Positions 54,690-64,000 of a stretch of 64,000 bases of DNA are shown here, in pieces. The stretch is from contig NC_042998.1 in NCBI RefSeq assembly GCF_006345805.1, forward strand, positions 100,192,001 through 100,256,000, given 5' to 3'. Numbering within the stretch: position 1 is the first letter of the stretch; every line of letters starts with the position of its first letter. The DNA is from Octopus sinensis (Eukaryota). The notes beneath the pieces are model-generated. The model did no database searches, had not been told where the DNA came from, and saw nothing but the letters and a program-made list of their open reading frames with translations. Position numbers and translations under genes: made by a program.

Positions 54690-55020
54690 TCATCATCATC
54701 ATAATTGTTTAACGTCCACTTTCCATGCTAGCATGGGTTGGACGATTTGACTGAGGTCTGGCGAACCAGATGGCTACATCAGACTCCAATCTGATCTGGC
54801 AGAGTTTCTACAGCTGGATGCCCTTCCTAAAGTCAACCACTTCAAGAGTGTAGTGGGTGCTTTTACGTGCCACTGGCACAAGGGCCAGTCAGGCAGTACT
54901 GGCAACAGTCATGTTCAAATGGTGCTTTTTAAGTGTCACTTGCACAGGAGCCAGTCCAGCAGCACTGGCAATGACCTCACTCAAATGTTTTTCACATGTC
55001 ACCAGCACAAGTGCCAGTAA
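54690..55020 (-). mobile_element. Family B copy, reverse
   Basis: catcatcatc...tttaacgtccactttccatgctagcatgggttggacg...gtgtagtgggtgctttt. Confidence 0.75.
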
Positions 55021-56069
55021 ATCAATTAATATTTCTAGGCCTTTGTCCCATTTTTCTGAATGAAGTGTTGACAGTAGTAGGATTATTTTATAGCTGCATT
55101 TTTGTAGTGGACAGCAAGAATCAAGGGAATAATGTTGAAACTGATAAAATCATCATTGCCAGATTAAACATCTTTAATAAACACTAAGTTACTTTTTGAA
55201 TCCAGTGAAAGTTTCTAGTTAATTGCTAGGAGACTATTTTTGAGTTAATTTTTGGTTTATATTTTAATGTTAATAAAACTTCCATATTTAATCTTTTCTT
55301 TCTTTTTTTTGGAGGTGGGGGGGAGTTCTGTATAAGATGGTAATGTTAACAACATATGCTTTTCTATCAAGTTTTGTTTCATATTTGATCTTGTAATGGT
55401 GCCTTGCAAATGAGTAGTCAGCGACTGAGAAAGGGTAGTTCTTGTGTGCCCTATATATGAGTGTAGGTGTGTACACACAAAAGCATAAAATGCTTTTGTT
55501 TATTGTTTTTTGTCATTGTATATTGATATGAACATGTTCAATACATAGTCATGATAAAAAGGTGAAGAACTTGTGAAACCATGGGATAGATTTAATATAC
55601 TAAGAATACACAAACATAACGAACATAAACTAGTTCAAAGATATAAATGATCTTCTTGCAAAGATGATGAAATTACACTATTTTACTCAAGAATTTTACT
55701 CTTGGATATAAAAAAAAAATCTAATCTTCTCTTCACCAATCCCCACAAAAAAAAAAAAGATAAATCTCAAAAATAAAGTCAAAAGAGAAAAAGTGAAACA
55801 AAATAGGATTACAATAGAACATTACAATAAAAAATTAGTAGAATATATTTATTTTAACAATGAGCACACAGTTTAAGAAATTCATTTAAAGACATGAATC
55901 TGAGATTCATTAATCTTAGACATGTGTGTATGGGGGTTGGGTATGCGCAATGCATATGTGGAAATAAATTTCCTCCAATGCAGCAGTGAAATGTGATATA
56001 TCTTAATTACTGACGCAGAAATAAAATGAACATAAAATATCAAGAAAAAATTATTCGGTCTATATACTT

Positions 56070-56107
<38 letters not shown>

Positions 56108-56784
56108 AAAAAAAGATGAATATCAGCAAAATAACAGGATCTTCTTTTTTTTTTTTTTTCAATTGAATTCATAGAATAGTTGTCTAGCTACAGAATAAAT
56201 TGATTTTACCAAACTCAAGGAATACTATCATAGACGGTGTTTATGTGTAGTCTTGAGTGCTCACAGATGCATACACAAAGACACACTCTATTGTACAAAC
56301 TATGCTCAGTGTTATTATCTGTATCAAATTACTTGGAAACAGACGTACATTACAAAACAAATTTAATCCACCCAGTTAACTAGTGTATCTGATGCTAGGT
56401 TTAGTGTTTGCACCTGGGTTGCTTTCTTGACATAAAAATACAATCCAGCTCAATGAATAGAGTTAAAGGAATTCTTATTCCTATTTTTAGAGTTAAGAAG
56501 GAAACCTCACAAAAGAAACAAATAACAACAATAGAAAAAAAAAGCAGACTAATCCATTTGCAATAGACACAGGATAATATCATTTTGAAACAAAGTGGAT
56601 AAAGACAGATGAGACTAACCTCTCTTATGTACTAATTAAATTTACTATAATTTTATCCACCTATTTCAAAAAAAAAAGACCCCACAAGATAAAGCACTGA
56701 TTACAAGCTATCTAAGCCAGTTATTTTAGGAAGACCTTTCTGTTATTTATATACACCAACAGGCTGGTGATGTGCTTATAAATT

Positions 56785-57275
56785 TCTTTTCACAGCTACG
56801 TGGTTTTAGGGTCAGTCTTACTGTATAGCATGTTGGGAAGGAATCTTCTGTCAAATCCTCAAGTTGAGTGAAAGCCATGTGAATGAAATTTAGTGAAATT
56901 TAGATGGAAACTGTGTGGTAACACCTCAGAAGGATCCTTTCTGTTTTGGGTGGAAATAGATTTAATGTGTTAACCAGTGTAACATTGCCACTTGGTCCCT
57001 GGAGTGCTTTTAGTGGAGTCCAGGATGTTTGAAAATTACTTCCTCCCTTATTCCCACTAATCTTAGAGGTGTGTCTTTGTGTCCCTCACCCCGTATACTG
57101 AACAACTGGTGTTAGTTTGTTTATATCCCTGTAACTTAACAGTTCAACATAAGAAACCAATAGAATAAGTACCAGGTTTTAAAAAAATAAGCATTTGGGT
57201 TGATTCATTCAACCAAACCCTTCAAAACTGCCTTAGCATGGCTGCAGTCCAATGACTGAAACAAGTAAAAGATAA
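56785..57275 (-). mobile_element. Family A repeat copy, reverse, degenerate
   Basis: aataagtaccagg..., aatgactgaaacaagtaaaagataaaa are reverse complements of family motifs. Confidence 0.55.
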
Positions 57276-58272
57276 AAATACTCCAGCGTAAGTTTTATAA
57301 CAAATTAAGTCAAAAAAGGGAGCCCCATACATGGAGCAGCCAGCAGCCAAATTTCCTTCAAAGCACACCCTACTGTGTTATAAAGGCAAGGATACAGTGA
57401 ATAATGTATTCCTGAATACACTGAATAAGAAAGATCGGCAGGTCATAACAGGAATGCTACAGATTATGACTATTGGATCAGGGCAGGCCTGGAGCAAAAC
57501 AACTGCAAATGAAATTTTAAGAAACAAAGCATACCAATTCTCTAATCTGAATATCAATAGCATGAAAGAGTAGCATTGCCCTCAGAGACATGTAGGACAC
57601 TACTGATACTTTTGGCATAAGTAGTAATTTCCTATTTAAGTCACAATGAGTCCTTTTCATTACTTAAATGACTCATAGAAATAGTTTCTATGAAATAATT
57701 CTCATGTGATGACATTAGTTCCATATAAAGTCAAGCTGGCCCAAATCTATAGCATAACTGTTTTAATTATAACATTGTTGTTGCTACTATATCAAAAACA
57801 CCTTATGACATGCTTTGATTTCCTCCATTCAGTGATCTAAGCCTGAAGAGCTAGGTTCATTTTATGAGCCCACGAAATTGAATAGTATATCTTCATTTAG
57901 GAAAGAGTTCCATTTTTCATTCTGCTCCAATCAGCTTACCTTTTGTTTTTTCTAGATTGGTAAAACGAGCACCAGGAATACATTGGATTTGACAAAGTTT
58001 GACTGAGCTATTACTGAAATAATTTACATATATTTATTCTTGACTTTATATGAAACTAATGTCATCACATGAGAATTATTTCATAGAAACTAATAAAAAG
58101 TTTCAGTATTTTTAATGGTGTATTTAAAGAATCAATTTTATTGTTGACTTTTAATGATGAAATAAAACTTCTAAGACTAATGTATGGTAGGTGGAAATAG
58201 TTGGAATTTAGCTTAACAAAGACATGGAAGTTTCCATGTGTAAAGACGGTTATATTGTTTCCAATGTTATCA

Positions 58273-58480
58273 AGGTGGTAAGCTGGCAGAATCATTAGCA
58301 CACAAATGCTTAGTGGTATTTCACCCATTGTTACATTCTGATTTCAAATTCCACCAAGGTTGACTTTGCCTTTCATCCTTTTGGGGTCGATGAAACAGGT
58401 ACCAGTGAAATGCTGGGGTTGATGTAAGTGACTAGTCCCCTCCCCAAAATTTCAAGCCTTGTGCCTATAATAGAAAGGCT
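58273..58480 (+). mobile_element. SINE family C copy
   Basis: aggtggtaagctggcagaatcattagca...tttcaaattccaccaaggttgactttgcctttcatccttttggggtcgat. Confidence 0.7.
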
Positions 58481-58886
58481 TGTTTTTAATGTTATCAACA
58501 ATATTGGAAAGCAATTATCAAATGTATTAGCAATGTTAGAAAGGCCTGCAGTAGAATGGTCTTTACTAGTGAAGATAAGCTGATTATACTTTTGAAAAGC
58601 CTTGAAGAGACAATTAAATTATCACTTTCATATCTTCTGCAGCTATCACACAAGACAAACAAATGGTAAAGCTGGCCAATGAAGAGTGAAGTACATTGGG
58701 TAACAAGAATGATAACAATGGGAAAGAAGTGACAAACAGTAAGGCTTGCTGAAGACTGATGAGAAATAAAGGAGACTTCAATGGTAAAGTTGGCTGATAA
58801 ATAAAACAGTCAATTCCACAACACAATTCTATATTTGTGAAATGAGTTTATATCATGTATAGTATTTATATTAGTCAGACTGATTG

Positions 58887-58929
58887 CACAACATTTTGGC
58901 TGTTTTATACTCCAGCCTTCTTCAGGTGT
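58887..58929 (-). ncRNA. Decayed minimal type I hammerhead ribozyme motif (Penelope-like)
   Basis: Minus strand: aCAC CTGAAGA a GGCTG gagtataaaa CAGCC aAAA tG TT GTG. Differs from GAAA-CG-UH only by two CpG-type transitions; stem II perfect, stem I CAC/GTG. Confidence 0.55.
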
Positions 58930-59472
58930 CTTTTGATGAACTCCAATACAACAATCAAGTTCAACACAAACAGAGGGTTGGAGCATACAACACCTGAAAT
59001 GTAGTGCAATCAAGATGAGGACACCAGTCTACCTAATATAAAACTGTATACATAATAAATTTGACATTTGAGACCAAAAAATTCAAGTCAGCTGTGGGCT
59101 AAAACTAAATACTTTAAATTATTCAGTCTAATGCTCAATTCACTGGGGGTTTGATAATCTATTGTCCTGTTATATATAAATCTCCTTTTCTATATCAATT
59201 TTCCTTTATATAAATAATACAAGGCTTATCTGTAAGATGTTAGCTTTTTTTAAATAACCATTCTGAAAAGGCTATGTTAAAGGAAATTATATAGACACCT
59301 GTGAAAGATCGATTCATATCATGAAAGACTACTGCATTTAGTGGTGTGAAAAGTGGGACAGTATGAAATCAAAAAGCTCATTGTTTGAAATACCTTTATA
59401 TTACACACACACTCACTATTCTATACTCAAGAAGAAATAACATCATTGCTATAAAACTTAATACAAGTGATA

Positions 59473-59835
59473 TCTATATCTTATCTCAGATTTCAAGTTC
59501 TAGTGATGTTCAATTACACTGGCTAGGCATTGGAATATATGAGATAGGACAGTGAGGAAACTGAGCATGTTAGTAAGGTCCTCTCAGTAACTTGCTACTG
59601 AACCAGGTTTGTGACAGAGGTTCAATTCCCATTGAAGTATTTTACTTAATTTTAGTACTTGTGGTCTCTAGTTGAAGTTATATTCCCGTAGTGGTTCTCA
59701 ACAATTGGTTCATGTACCATTAGTGGTCCATCAGAACTTTACCAGTTGATCCTTTGCCCTCTCTCTCATACATTCCAATGCCTAGCCAGTGTAAGTGAAC
59801 ACCACTAGAAAATGAAATCTGAGATAAAATATAGA
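59473..59835. mobile_element. MITE or fold-back element with about 72-bp imperfect TIRs
   Basis: 59473-59544 is inverted at 59764-59835, including the exact core ttacactggctaggcattggaat. No clear TSD. Confidence 0.7.
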
Positions 59836-59912
59836 CTCATCATTTGTAAACTGAGCCTACTGTGAAAGAGATATTTAAGTTTTATAGCAATGATGTTATA
59901 GAATAGAATAGA

Positions 59913-59955
<43 letters not shown>

Positions 59956-62900
59956 GAGAGAGCGAGAGAGAGAGGAGGAGGAGTAGAGGTATTTCAAACA
60001 ATGGGCTTCATGATTTATATAGCTCAGTTCATAATGTTCCACTTTTTATATCACTAAATGCTGTAGTCTTTAACATAGCCTTTTCAGATTGATTATTTTA
60101 AAAAAGTTAACGTCTTTCTCAAATAACCCTCTTTCAAAGTCTTTGGAAGACCAACATTATGTCTGCTTAGACAGTATGGACATAGCAAATATGTACTAAT
60201 ACTTTATTTCAATGTAATTACACATTACTTAAACAGAAAATTACCAACTTAGATCTGAACCACCATGTATTTATAGTAGACTTATTAATCAATAAGAAAG
60301 ATAGAGTTCTACAACATCTGAGTTGATTTAAAGTTTCAGGCAATGATTGCATCAAACCAGCTAAGCTGAAATTGCATCTAGGAAAACTCACGACCACAAA
60401 GAAACCTTTACATGGTTGCTCAAAATGCTACAAATAACTGCCAAGCTTCTAACAAATCGCACTCTACAGTTTTAAATGAGGAGACACAGGATAATATAAT
60501 CCAAAGTATACTATCTAAAAATGGACAAGATAGTTATGACTGGAATGCCTTATGTTAAAGATCTGCTTCAGTAAGTCTGAGGTGGGGTTAACTAACATCA
60601 CTAATAAGCCTAGTCATTATGTACAAATGTGGATCGCTAAAATAATTTTGGAACAGAAGGGTCTTAACAACTTTGTTTAATTTCACCAAAGTATCACACA
60701 CACACACAAAGCCCTTTACTCTTGAAAAAAAAAATTATATTACACTCTACTGTTGAATTAGCATGGATGATTTCTAATCACACAGCTTATCCATATTACA
60801 TTCAATATTTTGGATAAACTGCTAAAAGAAACATATTTCTTTTCTACTAAGTTTGAATACAGAAAGCTGAAGTTGCTCTTTATAAATGATAATAAAAATA
60901 AAATAATAATCTGAACTGCTGCAAGACCTTCATAAAGTACACAAGAATACTGCTTACATATCCTGTATGGTGTACCAACCAAAATAACTATCTTAAACTA
61001 ATTCCAGCAACAGGTTATCTTTCTGATAGGCAAGGTCACACTCACCAGCTACTGATCCACTCACTGTCAAACCATTAATTCTTTGTTTGGATTTTGTTAT
61101 TATTGTTATAATCACTAAGAGCGATAACAAAATAGTTGACGCTCATCTAATAATATCTTCTACATATATTACCAAATTATTTCTCCACAAAAATTTACAT
61201 CTTTCCAAAGTCTTATTCTGCCAATATTTCACTACCACATGGCATAGACACAAAACTTTCTAACTTAATGAGAAAGAAATACATTTAATTCTTATCTCAA
61301 CAACATGTTAATAGTACTTAACAAAACCTAAACTACTTTACCAGCTTTATTCCTTAAATTTTAGTTTTCTTTTCTTTTTTAATGTTAAACTATTGACAGT
61401 GTAAAAATGGTAACTGAAGCAAGCTTATTGCACATTTGGGATGTAATTCAATCTAATTTCAGGGTTTAAACAGTGATAATGGAAATAAAATATGAACATT
61501 TTTTGGCAGTAATTATTTTTTTTAACACCAGTGGATAAACCTTCAGTAGTTTCATCTGAGCAGGTGATATACGAGCAAGGATTTAAGCGAGGAAGTTGCT
61601 TCAAAAATAATTTCAGCATTTGAAAACAACTTTTGGAAAACATATTTATGTATGTATGCCTGTGTATTTTTAAAAATAATTGTGCATGTGTGTGTGTGCG
61701 AGAGAGAGAGAGAGAGAGAGAGAGTATATTTGTGTATACATGTATATGTTCTCCTAAAACAAAAACTCATCAAGGCAGATAGGAAAAAGGGGAAGATTAC
61801 TAATTCATTTTAAAATTAAATAAGAACATATTTGATATATTTAATTAAATATATAATAAATAACATTTCACTAAAATATTTAACTGAATAATAATCATTA
61901 AATTGTGATTCTGCAAAATAAAACTAGAAATTAGTTTTTTTTTAATGTCAATTTCTTGTGAATTTTTATTATTATTACTAGTCTTTTGATGTTGCCTTTG
62001 TTATTAACACCTCTACCTCTACCAATTATCACTCAGGATTCTCCTAATTTCTGGATATCTACAGTGACAACTCTAGGAACACTCTCTTTCATTAGTTCAT
62101 TAGATCTCTCTGGTTGGGTGACCACTGACAAATTGGCTAAGTCAACCATGGCAGAATTTGAATTCAGAACATAAAGACAGACAAAAGGTCACTAAGCATT
62201 TTGTTTAGTGTACTAATGGTTCTGTCAGCTCACTTCCTTAATAATAACAATAATCTTTATCAATGCTATTGCATGCTTGAAGACTGACTGGGTATTTGGA
62301 TTGATTTGTGCCACATTCCTAGGCAATCACATGCATTAAGATTTTCTTCCACGCTGATTCTCTTTAACAAATACTAGTCCTGTTTTCTTCTACTTCCTGA
62401 ATATGAAGACATTTGCAACAACAGAGAAATAGCAAACCTCTAACAAAAGCCGTCAGATTTATAATCTTACAGTAACTGAGCCTCAGCAAAGTTTACCTCA
62501 CCAATGATTAATAGCAGGAACAACATTTGAAGTTTGTGAGATTTTGTTTCAAAACAAGAACTGTAAACTTCCCTACCCAATACTCATAGCAACAATGTAA
62601 TATACAAGTATAAACAAAATTTCTTGCATGCAACTCTCTTCATAAACAAAGTCTTTCATTTAATAAAGTACAACAGCTATTAGGTATACTGTTACCATAG
62701 TGACTAGATGTTTACTTTTGGTTCAACTAGTTTGGTCTTTGGTTTAATGAACAACACAGTCTGTTGTTTTATGTAATTGTTTTTATAGCAAGGATAATAC
62801 ATTCAATACTGATGAGAGAGTGGGGAGACAGAGAGAGAGATAATTGAATTTGAACTGAAAACTATCAGAAAATAAAATCAAAGAAAAAGAAATCTGAAAT

Positions 62901-64000
62901 AAAAATTCTAGTTTCAGTAAACATAAAACTGTGATTTAGAAAATAAACTGTTTCTTTTATAAATTTGTCAACCAGCAGTTGCTTTAAACATCTAGTAAAT
63001 TGAGATCAAAATATAAAACAGACTAGAAATATCGATTTTAGAAATTTTATGAATTTGTTTTCACTTTTTTTAATGCTAAAAGAAAATAAATGAAAATACA
63101 GAAAACAAAAAAAATTCCAAATAAACCTAGTTGAGAACAAATGCTGGAACATTCATGTAGTAAGTAGGAGGCAAATCATTTAATTATGTCAAGGTGTTAG
63201 CTATAGATATAAAGTGCAGTTAGAGAGTAATTTAGAAATTATAACATATTTGTTAAGTTTATATGTGAAGGGAAAATCTAACTTGCAAGCCTACAAAACA
63301 AACCACTAATGGTTACAGTTAATCTCATAATAATTTTTAATAACTTAGTTATTTTATACTAATCTATAAAAGAAAGACAAAAGAAGTTCCACCCTTTAAA
63401 AAAATGAATATTTGATTTAATTAAGGGTCTATTAAACAGTAGATAAATGAGTACTAAATAATGATAATACATTACAAAAGGCACACGAAATAGCACTTTA
63501 AGTAATTAACTAAAGTACTGAGAAAATACATTTGTGGATAAGTTTGTAAATATATTTACATGAGTGTTTACTAAATGCTAATTTATTTATAAACTTATCC
63601 TAAGCAAGGGTTTGATATAATACCAAAGACAGTAAACAATAGAGACAGCAATATATATAATACATAAGATAGTAAATAGCAATAATAAGATCTCCATGCT
63701 AAGACATGAAGCCTAAGATTTCTCTTCCTAAAAGAGAAATGGCATGTTGACATAGTTACATTTTCCTCAGAAAAATTAGCAGCATATTTGAAATGAAACA
63801 ACTCCAGCTAGGAGTTGAACCAGGAATTGTCAATAGCACTTGTATTTTCCAATGCAATGAAATAAGGAAATAATTAGCATTGGTTATACACAATGAATAC
63901 AACAAACTAACAGTTTCTTAATTAAACCTGGGCTTGTGGTGAATAGGGTTAATATTTTTGTCTCAGGAATACGATAACTAGAATGTTATTAAATTAGCAG

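Noticed and set aside
54400-64000. Expected upstream FERM exon (IFQWRQLENLYFREKKFSVEVHDP-like)
   Set aside because: Searched by eye, including candidate donor sites near 60955 and 62500, and found no matching frame; presumed beyond the window.

Overview
AT-rich, microsatellite- and SINE-dense animal genomic DNA. The repeat families resemble those I recall from octopus genomes, so a cephalopod source is likely (inference). The window holds part of one protein-coding gene on the minus strand, an FRMD4A/FRMD4B-family gene (FERM domain plus CUPID/DUF3338 cytohesin-binding coiled coil). Six phase-consistent GT-AG exons (54246-54387, 52086-52236, 11986-12110, 11388-11513, 7261-7407, 5153-5234) join into one open frame, probably followed by a 39-nt micro-exon (3097-3135). 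The 5' FERM exons and the 3' end lie outside the window. A 40-kb intron (12111-52085) separates the FERM half from the CUPID half. Inside it is a CpG-retaining zone (about 33.6-39.4 kb) with candidate alternative first exons. One of them would put a hydrophobic signal-anchor-like segment in frame with CUPID in place of FERM. The same intron has two long near-perfect hairpins, a 751-bp tandem duplication, a decayed DD37D Tc1/mariner and LINE remnants. Elsewhere there are a young Helitron, piggyBac-like MITEs and a CpG-decayed Penelope-type hammerhead motif. Exon and hairpin coordinates were counted by hand; repeat boundaries are approximate. Most ORFs in the supplied track are spurious.
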